Counted from the first letter of the stretch, positions 1 through 12,579 are shown. The stretch: 64,000 nt of DNA from Octopus bimaculoides (GCF_001194135.2 NC_068982.1:5015691-5079690), one strand, 5' to 3'. Notes: generated by a model from the sequence alone, not told the origin. Made by a program: numbers and translations.

Positions 1-37
1 ATATATACATACATACATACATACATACATACATACA

Positions 38-73
<36 letters not shown>

Positions 74-80
74 TATATAT
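1..80. repeat. (TACA)n/(TA)n microsatellite
   Basis: Directly visible tandem ATAC then AT units. Confidence 0.95.
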
Positions 81-489
81 AGATCTATATATAATCAAAG
101 TGTAGGCACAGCTATGAGGTAAAGAAATTTGCTTAAACAAGAAAAAAAAAAGCATAAAATAAGTGAAGGTGCCAGAGGTCTGGCAAAAGTTATTGATTGG
201 AACTTTGGTCTGCAGCATTCAATAAATGATATTGAACCATTTTAACATCTGCTTTTCTTTGCTGGCATATGGTGGAAGGACTAACAAACACTATATTGAT
301 ATTTATCTTTTTACCATTTTAGTTGTGAAATATAACTGTCTGAGATCAGATCTAACCATTTCTTCCCACATTTTCTTTGTACAAAGCACATTTACACAGT
401 AATCTTTATAATCTGCAATAATGAAGCCACTTTTACACCATCCATTCATATCATATATCTTTATGTATATGTGTATTTATCATCAACAC

Positions 490-736
490 CTGACTGGCAC
501 TCGTGACGGTGGCACGTAAAAAGCACCATTTAAGCATGACTGATGCCAATGCTTCCTGACTGGCTCCCATACCAGTGGCATGTAAAAAGTATCCACTACA
601 CTCTTGGCATTAGGAAGGGCATCCAGTGGTAGAAACTTTGCCAAATCTGATTGGAGCCTGGTGCAGCCTCTTGTCTTGCCAGTCCTCAGTCAAAACCATC
701 CAATTCATGCCAGCATGGAAAGTGGACGTTAAATGA
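490..736 (+). mobile_element. RTE-LINE 3' UTR / RTE-tail retroposon copy (family R)
   Basis: Hallmark ...ggcattaggaagggcatccag..gtagaaact..gcca...gattggagcctggtgcagcc...catgccagcatggaaagtggacgttaaatga, shared with about 20 copies in the window. Confidence 0.85.
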
Positions 737-900
737 CATCATTTAACGTCTGTTTTCCATGCTGGCATGGGTTGGATGGTTCAACAGGAGCTACACCAAG
801 CTTTATTTGTGTGTTTTGGCATAGTTTCTATGGCTGTATGCCCTTCCGAATGCCCACTGGGTGCTTTTTACATGGCACCAGCACCAATGAGGTCACCAAG
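737..900 (-). mobile_element. Family R copy, tail-to-tail with the 490-736 copy
   Basis: tcatttaacgtctgttttccatgctggcatgggttggatgg is the reverse complement of the family R 3' end. Confidence 0.8.
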
Positions 901-1139
901 TAGCTTTCAAGAGAAAGATGTCTCAGTTGAGCAAAGGAATAGAACGAAAGGAAGTGACTGTATGCCAGGCAAGAAGAGCTTAGAGTATAATAATGGCACA
1001 GAGACAGTTGTTTTGCTATAGAGCAGATACTTGACTACTTCAGGAGAGGAAGGAGAGAGTTAGAGAAATATAGAGGTATATACAAACATACACACACACA
1101 TGTATGTATGTATGTGCATGCATGTGTATGTGTGTGTAT

Positions 1140-1299
1140 GTCACAGGCCTGTGTGTGCAGTTAAGAAGCTTGCTATCCAAAGACATGTGTTCTGGGTTCA
1201 GTCCTATTTTGTGATGCCTTAGACAAGTGTTATCTGTTATAGCTACAGGCCAACTAAAGTCTTGTGGGTGAATTTCATAGATGAAAACTGAAAGAAGCC

Positions 1300-1341
<42 letters not shown>
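1140..1341 (+). mobile_element. tRNA-head SINE family K (CORE-like box) running into (TG)n and an N-gap
   Basis: Degenerate head (aagaagcttgct...gggttcagtcc...ccttagacaagtg...gaaactgaaagaagcc), then TG repeat and N-gap 1342-1577. Confidence 0.7.
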
Positions 1342-3259
1342 NNNNNNNNNNNNNNNNNNNNNNNNNNNNNNNNNNNNNNNNNNNNNNNNNNNNNNNNNNN
1401 NNNNNNNNNNNNNNNNNNNNNNNNNNNNNNNNNNNNNNNNNNNNNNNNNNNNNNNNNNNNNNNNNNNNNNNNNNNNNNNNNNNNNNNNNNNNNNNNNNNN
1501 NNNNNNNNNNNNNNNNNNNNNNNNNNNNNNNNNNNNNNNNNNNNNNNNNNNNNNNNNNNNNNNNNNNNNNNNNNNNNGTGTGTGTGTGCCATGTCTTGAC
1601 ATTACATGATGGTTGTAAGCAAATGATGTTTGTTTCCAGTCTTCTGTGAAAATACGTCTGGCCATGGGAAATATTACCTTGATTAGAAACAGATGAGGGT
1701 TAGCAACAGGAAGTGCATCCAGTCATAGAAAATGTCTCGGCAAATACTATTTGGCTCATGCAAATATGGAATAGTGGACGACAACGATATGATGATGATG
1801 GTGATGTTGATGACAAACACATAAAAAAGTTGTTTACAACACACTTTAAAACATTTAGAATATATATGTAGATGAATTAGGCCTTTAGCCATTTCAATAC
1901 TAAAAATAGCATCAAATCAACAAATAAGATTTCTTGCTGAATAAAATGGCAATTTTCAAAACATTCTACTGACCAAAACACATTTGAGAATTAGTTTATT
2001 GACTATCGGCATTATTTCCTAAATACTAGTGAACGGCTCTGAAAGTTTGTCTCTTACAATTGCACCTCTTCTAATATAACGTAATGTGCTAAAAAGGAAG
2101 ACCATCTTTGGTTTCCATTTGACTAAATCTTCTATTCCATTTTGAAATCAATAGCAATTAACTAGTGGCAGCTAATAACCTGTTAGAGTCTTCAATAAAG
2201 TTTGAATATGATCTAAACAGATAAATAAGAATATTTAAATTAACTTTGAAAGAAAAGAAATGTATGCTTAACAGGTATGAAAAATCAGGTATAAAAATTT
2301 TCAAATAGATTTCCTAAAGAGAAAACTTTAGAAAAAGTTAGATTCATATTTCATAACAAATAACCGACTTTCAGCACATTTGCAATTGAAGGTTTGACTA
2401 ATTATTTGAATAATCAAATAATTTACAAATTAAGCAAATGAATTAACTGAAGAATTAGGAAATTCTAATAAAATGAATGGATTTAAAATAGGAAGAAATG
2501 CAAGCAATCATAAAAATATTCCTGATGAAAAGGCAAAGAATTCATGAAAGAACAAACAAGATCCTTCATAGAGAGAGACCAAAGTACATCTATTACTCTG
2601 CCTATGAGGGTCAAAGGTTGTGGGGTTAAGATGCAAGATGACTGAGTATTGTGGATTTAGTAAAATTTGAACTTATGAATTATGAGGCAAGTCAATTATG
2701 TGCTCAAACAGAAATCTCCCAATGCCTTTTCATACTATAGCAAAGGATTAATTAGATTTGGTTTAGATCTGGTTAACTGTTAATTTGAAGAAAAGGAAAA
2801 CCAAAAGAACAGAATCTACTGGTCATTTAAGAACACTAAATTATTTCTGGAACAGACAGAATTCACTTTTCATTTTCTATCTTCTTTCTTTTCTATTTGT
2901 TGGAAGTATTGATTTTACATAGAAATAAAATCGATAAGGAAACGGCAGAGCTCCAGCGTGACCACAGTCTATTGGCTGGAACCAATAAAAATTAAAGAGA
3001 TAAATTGCACAAAAGTATAGTTGTTGAGTTAATTGCCCGTACTCAGTTCATAAGCAAAAACATTTTTAGACACTGCCTTGCTGACTTTGGCAGAGATTGT
3101 TAATCTTCCAACTTTGGTTTCCTTAGTGGAAAAGAAAAGAAAGTGTTATAGTGATGTGGATGATGGTAATTTACCATAATACACAAATATTTCTTTAGCT
3201 CATCATGAGAATTCCAAATGTAATGTATACAATTGACCCCGTTACTTATTTAACTCTGG

Positions 3260-3317
3260 AAAGAAGATAAGATACTAAAAATAGACAACTGTCTATTTTT
3301 AGTATCTTATCTTCTTT
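3260..3317. repeat. Perfect 28-bp-arm palindrome with 2-nt spacer
   Basis: aaagaagataagatactaaaaatagaca (3260-3287), ac, tgtctatttttagtatcttatcttcttt (3290-3317); arms are exact reverse complements. Confidence 0.95.
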
Positions 3318-4116
3318 TTTATGTTTGTGTGTGTGTGTATGTTGCTCATGACTGCTTTAACAGGAACCCAGTAGAGATGATGTTTTAGCCATTTAGACAA
3401 TAGCAGGAACATGGCTTGACAAGGTTAAAACTAAATGCAAATCAACAACAATCTAATGACACAGCCATCCACACAAGCCTTCCCATAATAAATATTAACT
3501 CCTTTTGACTGGGTGCAAGGCTACGAGTGAATGAAGGATATTAGGAGCTTAAGTAAAAGGGAAATGGTTTTAAATAGAAATTCGGATTGCCATCACAATT
3601 AATGCAAGTTTACCTCTTGCTCCGAAAAGATTGCTGCCACAATAAATATATCTTTCAACCAAATCTTGTCCAAGTTTTGTATGAATGCAAATAGATTCTT
3701 AATTAAGTATGAAACCTGAAGTGCTTTCTGATGGATGCAATGCAATTTCTGAGAACAAGAAGTGGTATTCTACATCTACTTCATGAGAAAACATCTTGGC
3801 TAAGAAATAATAGGAAATGGTTTTCTCTATCTTGAAAGAACACAGATTTTAATTGAATATTTTTAGCTTGAGATTTCAAAATTGAAAACAGAAATTTGAA
3901 CTGAAATTTTCTTCTATTAGAGGTTCTCATTTGATATTTTTCTTTTTCAATTTGAGTTTAAATTTTATTTTCCATTAAATTTCATCAGAACAATTTTGGC
4001 TAATATAAATAAATATTCTGTAATTTTACATTGAAAATATTGAAGAACAAAAGAAACCACAAATCCAAAATTCTGCATGTTTGAAATTTACGTTGTTCAA
4101 ACGTAGCAGACAATCA

Positions 4117-4518
4117 TGTGAGATTCTGAGATGCTCGACAGGGTTTTCTTACAGACAGGAAGTCATCTCCCTTGCTGGAAATTATTAATAAGGCCTGATA
4201 GGAACTGAGAGGTGTCTCCTGGAATGCGTTGGGGGAGAAGTCTTTGCCATGAGGTTCCCTGTGATACAGAAGAACTCGGACATAGATATCTGACATTCAT
4301 TGTGATATCCCTTCATCTATGATATCCAGGTAATATCTACAATATTACCTGGATAGCAGTCTAATTGGTCATTACTCTTTGATGTGAATCCATTCCTAAC
4401 AGCTAAGAAAGCATTCCAAATCACAAGAAGCATTGATGTTTTATATCCCATTAATGAGCAGAACTGTCTTTAATCATTATATGTTATTCAGTGGAAACCC
4501 AATGATCCAGCAGGTTAC
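4117..4518 (+). mobile_element. ~400-bp solo LTR-like element (family L1), copy 1
   Basis: TGTGA...GTTACA termini; the core (gtctcctggaat...gaggttccc..t...acag..gaact.ggac) recurs at ~11285-11539 and, inverted, at 18082-18496. No clean TSD. Confidence 0.5.
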
Positions 4519-4592
4519 AGGGTGTTACGCAACAGCAATTATTTGTTAAATAACAATAAAAAGATGTACACCAGAAAAAGTAGTAAAAGTAA

Positions 4593-4903
4593 TAAAGATT
4601 ATTTACCAACATAACATGCCAGTCCTGGTTTAGGATGAATGTTGCTGTAATTTAGCCCCAGGAGACATCTTCTCCAGTTGGCTATACAACGCAATCTGTG
4701 TCCTTATATTTTCGAACAAGGGAATCTAGCAACACCACTCAGCTCAAAACAATATCTGCGTATCACAATTTCCGGGTTATTTATTATATAAGGACACAGA
4801 TCGTGTAGTATAGCTAGCTGGAGACGATGTCTCCTGGGGCTAAATTACAGCAACATTCGTCCTAAACCAGGACATGTCATGTTATGTTGGCAAATAATCT
4901 TTA
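4593..4903. mobile_element. MITE/foldback element with ~115-bp inverted arms
   Basis: Arm 4593-4709 (taaagattatttaccaacataacatg...ctgtgtccttatat) matches the reverse complement of 4786-4903 with few mismatches. Confidence 0.85.
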
Positions 4904-5054
4904 CTCCAAAGTACTGTTGCTGAATATCTCTCGTTCTGAGATTTACAAATAGTAATTTTCTAAATTGTAAAAGTTTTCAACCAAAGATATACCAAGGCTA
5001 CTACAATTATATAATGTGATTGACCAACTTATCAGATGTTGTTATACATCACTA

Positions 5055-5310
5055 ATCACAATGTGCTTTGCATCAGTTTTAGGTTTGGAATGATGCCACC
5101 CAGCTGGCTAAGTGAATAAGCCCCTATTCTCCCTGATCAGAACAGCTAGTCCATGACAGGGTGACCCTTTTACAGCTGAATGGACTGGACCCATGGGAAA
5201 TGAAGTGTTTTGCTCAAGAACACAACATGCCATCTGCTCTGGGAATTGAACCCAAGATCTCATGATCATGAGTGCAACTCACCCAACCACTAAGCCCTGT
5301 GCCTTCACTA
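5055..5310 (-). mobile_element. tRNA-head SINE variant (family D)
   Basis: Reverse tRNA-like head (ggaattgaaccc...accactaagcc...gccttcac); body homologous in opposite orientation to 31085-31235 and 57060-57265. Confidence 0.65.
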
Positions 5311-5480
5311 CGATTATATATATGAAAATATTGAGGATGTCAAGAAGAATACAATGCAACTCCTAAGAGCAAGTATTACATCCATTTCACAAGACGAAGA
5401 AAGTCTTAATTCCTTAGGAATTGGAATTTTAATTCAAAACTTCTTTTTGGCTTCTCTATTGAAATTTCAAATTGATGAAA

Positions 5481-6085
5481 CATCATCATCGTTATCATCA
5501 TTGTCGTCGTCGTTTAACGTCCGCTTTCCATGCTGGCATGGGTTGGATGGTTTGACTGAGGACTGGTGAGCCAGAAGGCTGCATCGGGCTCAATCTGATC
5601 TGGCAGTTTCTACAGCTGGATGCCCTTCCTAACGCCAACCACTCTGAGAGTGTAGTGGGTGATTTTACAGTGCCACTGGCACGAGGGCCAGTCCGGCAGC
5701 ACTGGCAACAACCACGCTCGAATGTTGTTTTTCACGTTCCACCGACACGTGCCGGTAAGGCGACGCTGGCAACAATCACGCTTGAATGGTGCTTTTTACG
5801 TTCCACTGGAACAGGAGCCAATCTGTGGCCCTGGCAACAATGACGCTTGAATGGTGCTTTTAACATTCCACTGGCACAAGTGCCAATCAGGCAATACTGT
5901 CATTGGCCAAGTCAGCAATTTTGACTTGATTTCACTTGCCTCAATAGGTCTTTGCAAGCAAAGTTTATTGTCCAATGAATAAGGGGTACTCATAAGTGAG
6001 CTGGTTACACCCCACGCTTGGATGTGCTTTTAACATTCCACTGGCACGAGTACCAATCAGGCGGTACTGTCATTGGCCACATCAG
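5481..6085 (-). mobile_element. Family R RTE 3' UTR with tandem ~60-66 bp units
   Basis: (ATC)n tail at 5481, conserved end, then repeated ...gtggcac/gtgcc units. Confidence 0.85.
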
Positions 6086-6717
6086 CGATTGAACTGAAAT
6101 TTAATTTCATTTGAATTTCTATTTCTAATTGTTACAGAACTTACAGAAATATTTACTGCCTGTATTAACACATATACCAAATGGAAGATTCTCTCATTGT
6201 AAATCATTAATGTAACAATATTTCGAAAAGAGCTTTCCATTTTGACACTGTACATTGTAAATAAAAGCATTGTAAGAATGGTTTTTGCATGATGAAAAGA
6301 TAAATCAATACATTTTATTTTTTCCCCCATTTCTAGAGCAGTTGAGCTTATTCAGAACATTTAATGATCAGTTAGTAGCAAGAAAAGTAATTTTTTTTCA
6401 TTCTCATTTACTAAGTTCTTTTGATACAGTCATACCAATTCTTTCAACAGCTAGTTCTCCATATAAAATTACATTCTCTTTATCTCCACATTTTTTAAAC
6501 CATGCTATTTTTCCCTCAGACATTTGGAGTTGACAACTGGATTACATTTCACAATTAATGGCTAGCAATATGACATAGGAAAGAGGTAACAGACAATAAG
6601 CTGAAGGCAGAGATGAAAAATATAGAAAGTCGATTTGAAAAAATGTTGTCGATATTACAATCAGAAATTTATAAATTTATGGATTTACAAAGGAAATTCT
6701 ATAAAATCATTATGGGG

Positions 6718-6719
<2 letters not shown>

Positions 6720-6760
<41 letters not shown>
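6720..6760 (+). repeat. Poly(A) tract (~40 nt) followed by TCGCTG
   Basis: Direct reading. Confidence 0.9.
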
Positions 6761-6762
<2 letters not shown>

Positions 6763-6821
6763 GCTGTTAAATATGACTTTAAATCATATATAAACTGAAA
6801 CACACACACACACACATATCT

Positions 6822-7275
6822 ATTATCATCATCATTAAGTTTCCTAAGCTGACGCAGCCAGCCACTGGGATGCGACTCCAGATGCTTTCGCAGGCAGTCA
6901 CTGGCCTCTATACTTCAGTCATGTGTAGGAGGGTGATGGTGTTGTGACTAGTTCAATCCTTGATGTTGTCAGAGCAAGACTTCCTCTGTCTGCCTCTCTT
7001 GCACCCTCTCTCATCAGTGCTCTGTCGGATGGTTTGGCGTAGGGAGATGTGGCTGGATAAAATAACCATATCAGTCAAGCTTTCGTCTTTTTACCTGCAC
7101 AAGGAGTGGTTCTTGTCTGCCAGCATGTTTGTTGATTTGCTGCCTGATAAAGCGGTCCATTTTGTGTTCTGTGAACAGGATGCAGTGCAGCCTTCTGAAG
7201 CACTTGTCCTCAAATGCCTGGATTCTTCATTCCATGTCAACTGTAAGAGTTCAGATCTCACATCCAGGCAGAACA
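6822..7275 (-). mobile_element. RTE-clade LINE ORF2 C-terminal fragment, decayed
   Basis: Minus strand reads RIQAFEDKCFRRLHCILFTEHKMDRFIRQQINKHAGRQEPLLVQVKRRKL..., then GCKRGRQRKSCSDNIKD, matching the RTE post-RT consensus (RIQAFE.KC.RR.L / GRRRGRQRK.W.DNIK); (ATC)n tail at 6822. Confidence 0.85.
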
Positions 7276-8769
7276 CATTTAATTATCTAAAAATGGAGAT
7301 ACCAAAAGATTTATATTTTCAAAACAGCAAGTGACAATTCTTCATTGTGCTAATGCAATGAGGCAGAAACAAACAAAGTATCTGGTGATTGGAAAAGGTA
7401 GAAATTCCCTGTATTTTAAGGGAGTCATTATTTTTGTAATTGGTTGTCTTTGATGCTGATCAAAGACATTGCACGGCAGAAGAAGACAGAGCACAGAGCT
7501 GCGGTTGATCAGTCTTATGCTTGCTCGGAAGGTTCTGTCAGAGGTTGGGCATTGGGGGTCTTCTGGGATTGAACGCAAGGAATTACCTAAGTGGGAATTG
7601 GAAATAAAGCAAAATTTGACAATTGTATGGAACAGAGAGATAATTGGTTCTTAAAGAACATCAAAGATAATTTTCTTGCCTTCAAACACTATGTCATGAA
7701 TTCAGTCATGTGATCATAAAAGCTTTAAAGAATTGTTATCAAAGAGAATTCTGGCCAAAAATTTAAAGAGAACACAACAATACTAAAAACAAATCGAAGA
7801 AACGTAATTTCAGTACAAATTTCCCACGTTGGTGCATAGCATACGTTAGTACAGAAGCCCAGAAGATATAGAAAAAGGAGAACTTGAACATTAGTTGTTA
7901 TTGATCAGAAAATCTGAAAGGAAATTACGAAGAAAATGCTAAAAAATATGTTACCAAATGTAGAAGAGATTTCAGAAGCTTTTCCTACAAGAACTACGAC
8001 TCTGTCAGTTATGAGTGGACTGAAGCAATGTGAAATGAAGTGTTTTGCTCAAGAACACAACATGTCATCCGGTCCAGGAATCGAAACCACAATCATGATG
8101 CTTACATACATATATATGTATGTAAAAATGAAAGAAGAAATAGAGTCAGAATTAAGATGAAGTACGATTCAACAGCTCCATTTTGTACTCTAATACGTTC
8201 TTAACAGAGTACACCTCAACTATATATGGATGTATTTGTGTTTAATTTATATTCCTAGATAAATACAGTATATTAACCTAGAGGTCTATGTATGATGCGT
8301 TCTATTAACTGATTGTAGTTCATATTTAGAATTTGAGTGTCGATTCATTTGGAACTTAATCATTTAAGCTTGACTCTTTTAATTTGCCTTTTTCTAAACC
8401 ATTTTATCATGTTTTTCTTTTATCTTTATAATGGTTTGTTTGGATTTTTTGTGCTTTGAACACCAGAAATTCAAACTCTGTAAACAGTAAATTACTTATA
8501 CAATAAATACACAATGAAGTCAGAAGTGGTTTCAATACAAACACACACACACGCAAATACACACACACGTAAATACACACACGCAAATACATACGCATGA
8601 TTTTTCTATCTGATAATGTCTTCTACAAAACACAATTTTTTCATTCAATTAAAAGAATGACTGGAGGAGAATTAACAGATAATGTTATCAAGAATATAAC
8701 AACATATCCAAAATAGAATCATTGGTGACACAACAGGGCCAATAATGTTACTGTTATTTATTTTTCATC

Positions 8770-9100
8770 TTTAATCTTTTACTTGTTTCAGTCGTTAGAT
8801 TGCGGCCATGTTGGGGCACTGCTTTGAATAATTCTTTTAGTAGAATGAATTGACCCCTGAACTTGTTGTAAACACACCAATACCAGTTGTCAAGCAGTGG
8901 GCGGGGAAAAAAACATGAACACAAAGGCACACACATATATACTACAGAATTCTTTCAGTTTCCATCAACCAAATCCACTCACAAGATTTTGATTGGCTCA
9001 AGGCTATTGTAGAAGACACATTTCCAAGGCATCGCACAGTGGGACTGAACCTGGAACCATGTGGTTGGGAAGCAAGCTTATTAACACACCGTCATGTCAG
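8770..9100 (-). mobile_element. tRNA-head SINE family K
   Basis: Tail acttgtttcagtc.ttagattgcggccatg... and reverse head gggactgaacctggaaccatgtggttgggaagcaagctt. Confidence 0.85.
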
Positions 9101-10074
9101 TAGGTATTTACTTCATAATATATTCATTGTTTACCAAAAACTCCCTCAGCAGAGCTTTAATTGTAATATTTTCTTCAAATATGAAATGAATATAGAAATA
9201 CACAGAGGAAAATAGCTGAATGTTAAATGATATTTATGTTTATAGCAGTAAATGCCAATATTTTAAGTCTAATAGTCAGCATATATCCAATCTTTAAAAT
9301 AATGTTTATAATTGTGTAATTACGTTATTTAAAATGTTTGCCTATGTGCAGAAATTAGTTTTCCAATTAAAAAACGCAGCATGATGCTAGAGGATAAGGA
9401 AGTTCATGCGGCATCATGTTACATTTGTAATTAGAGAAAGAATTCATTTTAATAGTTGAAGAAATGAGTTGTGTACAGCATTAATTAAAGTTAATTTTGT
9501 GTAGAAGTAGGTGGAGAGGTGGTAACAGGAATCTCATTGTGGATTTAATTCATGAATGAAAAATGATCTCATTTTGAAGACATGTGGAATCTTGTTTCAT
9601 CTCTTTTGAGCCAATGAAAGCCAACACTGGGGAATGACACAGCATAAAGTGACCCCATAGATAGAGAGGCAGAAGTATTTGACCTGTGGTATGGAGTCCT
9701 GCAGAGTGTCACATGGGCAACCTCAATCGTCATTATGGTTTTGTTTTATTTCCAGCATGCAAATGGGCACCAAAGAAGACTGGCAGGATTAAAGAAAGTA
9801 ACACTACCAAATTTTGCCAACAATGTTGCTTTCTTATCAAATAAAAGCACAGACACTCAGGTCCTTCTGTCAAGAGCAGAAGCTAAATGCAACAACGTCA
9901 AGTTACTTCTCAAGGCCAAGTCAATGGCATATATAATCTACAAAATAGCTGATCTTGAGTCACTCATTACCATCAAAAACACCACTTCAAGTAAGTCTCA
10001 TATTTTGAGTACTTCAAATCATTTATGGAGCACTCAGAAAAGGACATCAAAGTCCTGCAGAAAGCTTGCCTAGG

Positions 10075-10453
10075 AAAGCACCATCTGAACGTGGTCGATT
10101 CCAGTGCTCCCCGACTGGCTCCCGTGCCAGTGGCATGTAAAAATCACCATTTGAACGTGGTCGATACCAGTTTCCCCAGACTGGCTTCCATGCCAGTGGC
10201 ATGTTAAAAGCACCATCTGAACGTGGCTGATGCCAATGTCTCCTGACTGGCTCCCATGCCGGTGGCATGTAAAAGGCACCTGCCACACTCTCAGAGTGGT
10301 TGATGTTAGGAAGGGCATCCAGCTGTAAAAGCCTTGCCAGATCAGATTGGAGCCTGGTGCAGCCTTCTGGCTTCCCAGACCCCCAGTCAAATTATCCAAC
10401 CCATGCTAGCATGGAAAGCAGATGTTAAACAATGATGGTGATGATGATGATGA
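10075..10453 (+). mobile_element. Family R copy with 3 tandem units, nested in the old LINE
   Basis: Units ending gtgccagtggcatgtaaaa, atgccagtggcatgttaaa and atgccggtggcatgtaaaa, then conserved end and (GAT)n. Confidence 0.85.
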
Positions 10454-10739
10454 AGGATATTTGGACCTCCAGCTCCTTTAACCAATTTGAAAAATCCAAC
10501 TTCATAACAGCATCCAAAAAAGAACCTTTCTTAACACGTACAAAGCTTGAANNNNNNNNNNATAACAGCAGCCAAAAAAGAACCTTTCTTAACACGTAGA
10601 AAGCTTGAATTCACACTAAATTCATTGTACTGTCTTCGGAAGGCTGCTATACTTGGATGCTGTAGGTAGCCTGAAGTACAAGGTGATTACAGAAAATTAA
10701 CAACAAGAATGAAAACAATATGAAAATTCTGTTGATTAC

Positions 10740-11010
10740 AATAAGTTGATCCAATCAAAGAAACAGCTTGCTCATGAAATTAATGTGCAAGTGGCTGAGT
10801 ACTCCACAGATGTGCATACCCTTAATGTAGTTCTGAGGGAGATTCAGTATGTCACAGAATGTAACAAAGCTGTCCAACTGAAATGTGGGTACTTGTCATT
10901 TTTGCCAGCCGAGTGGACAAGAGCAATGTGAAATAAGGATACGATGCACTGTTGGGAATTAAACTCACGGCCTTGCAATTGTGAGTTGGATGTCCTAACC
11001 ACTAAGCCAT
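10740..11010 (-). mobile_element. tRNA-derived SINE family O (OR-like), nested in the old LINE
   Basis: Reverse complement of the 52832-53198 element (gaaattaatgtgcaagtggctgagtactccacaga...). Confidence 0.8.
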
Positions 11011-11284
11011 GCTTAGTGAATCATAAGCAATCCTATGGTGACCTCCCCCAGCTGACAAACAAGATTGTATGAAGACTGAGTACTGCCCAAGATAGCCAGA
11101 GCTGTCCATCAGCCAATTCATTGTCTGGAAACCAACCAACAGGAGAATAAACAATGGGCTTCCTTCAAAGCCACTGTAAAACCCTGATGAAAGACAGTAA
11201 TGCTGCATCTGTTGATGAACTCAGAACATTGATGATAGAATATGATATGTGGTGTATCCGTCATTGTAGCTGATACAAGAAGGC

Positions 11285-11539
11285 ACAAGGTTAACAGCAC
11301 ATGACAGGAATTGGGAAGATATAAATGGTGGTCTCCTGGAATGTGTCAGGAAGAATCTCTGCTGTGAGGTTCCATGTAACACAGCAGAACTTGGACGTTG
11401 ATATCCAACATCCATTGTATTGTGCCTTTATCTATGAATGATATTACCTGAATCTGCATTCCACCAGCAACATATGAAAAGACTAAGATATAATAAACAA
11501 ACCGAAGCCTATTAATAATAGAATGTTATTTTTGTAACA
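11285..11539 (+). mobile_element. Family L1 LTR-like element, partial copy 2
   Basis: Similar to 4200-4350; has gatataaat, AATAAA (~11492) and a TGTAACA end. Confidence 0.45.
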
Positions 11540-12579
11540 ACTTTGGAACCTGTTTATGATCAAGCGCAGGAAAGACAGTGTAAAGTAGGTACAAGGTGAT
11601 AAGATAAAGCTTGTTGACCAATTGGTCAGTTGTTTGAGATTCTGTAGACTTAACCAGCCACCACTACACCAATAAAATGTAATGCTTCAAATTATTTGAC
11701 AGAACAAGAACAAACAAATGGGGTAAATATTTCTGAAAACAAAAATCTTTCTTGCCTGAAACAAATGCATTTGTCACAGAGAAATCTGACATATGCAGTG
11801 AGCTGCACTGGCAGTTTGCTAACAGAATTATCGATAAAGCTAGTTCTGAGCCACAGACCTTTTCAAGCTTCACTTATTATAACTATTCAGCCATTACATA
11901 ATCAGAACACAAGAATAAGGATTCAAAAATAACTTTTCAACTGACTGTAGATAATACAGGGGCTAAACATTGAAGTGAGAATTGTCAGGGGGGATTATGA
12001 TTTAGTGATATTACACCAAGGTATTAGCGAAGATGATGTGGATTCAATTTCCATAGATCTCTCGCTTTTTTTATCTACTTGTTCACTATTGGCTTCATGC
12101 ATCTGCATAACACATCATTTAAAAAATAGAAATTTATATTTACAGTTTAATGCACGTTTAGAAAAGGAAAAGAAAATCTCATTATTAAAAGAGAAACAAA
12201 ATGTATAGATTTGTAACTTTCAAATAATAATAATGACAGCATACAGCTAGGAGCCAGTATCTGAATAGTGTTTCATAAGATTTCTAAGAAAATATATCAT
12301 TGAACAAAGTAAGTCGTCATGTGATGCTTTATAAGACTCCCCATCATGTTAATATTAATAAAAGCAGCAGTTCTTAAGGAAGAGAAAAATAATGTTTGAT
12401 CAGAATTAGAAAATAGAACAGCTTTTATTACACAATCTTCTATGATCATTATTTTAATATATTAATTCTGAAGCAACTAATCAAATTTATATATTTTCAT
12501 TTAATTATTTCAATATTAATGGCATATTCCAGCAGTTTTTTACAATATATTCAGAAAAGGATCCATATATATATATATC

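Larger units (their letters stand above)
9630..11265 (+). mobile_element. Old RTE/RTEX-like LINE ORF2, fragmented by two younger insertions
   Basis: Collinear motifs: GVLQSVTWA (~GVLQGDTLAP, ~9690); FANNVAFLS (~FADDIALLS) and LLSRAEAKCNNVKLLLKAK (9810-9920); EGCYTWML (~LDGCYTRML, ~10640); YGDLPQLTNKI, ISQFIVWKP and LMKDSNAASVDELRTLM (11030-11240). Stops and frameshifts present. Confidence 0.8.

Noticed and set aside
1243-1665. Long ORFs across N-gaps (also 20651-21073, 25606-25857, 42771-43219, 44053-44331)
   Set aside because: Open only because Ns and dinucleotide repeats contain no stops.
5325-5400. ENIEDVKKNTMQLLRA resembling a mariner transposase C-terminus
   Set aside because: Too short, no TIR found.
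9757-9994. Plus-strand exon with ttccag| and |gtaagt boundaries
   Set aside because: The peptide is a degenerate RT domain (FADD-box equivalent), so it is a LINE fragment.
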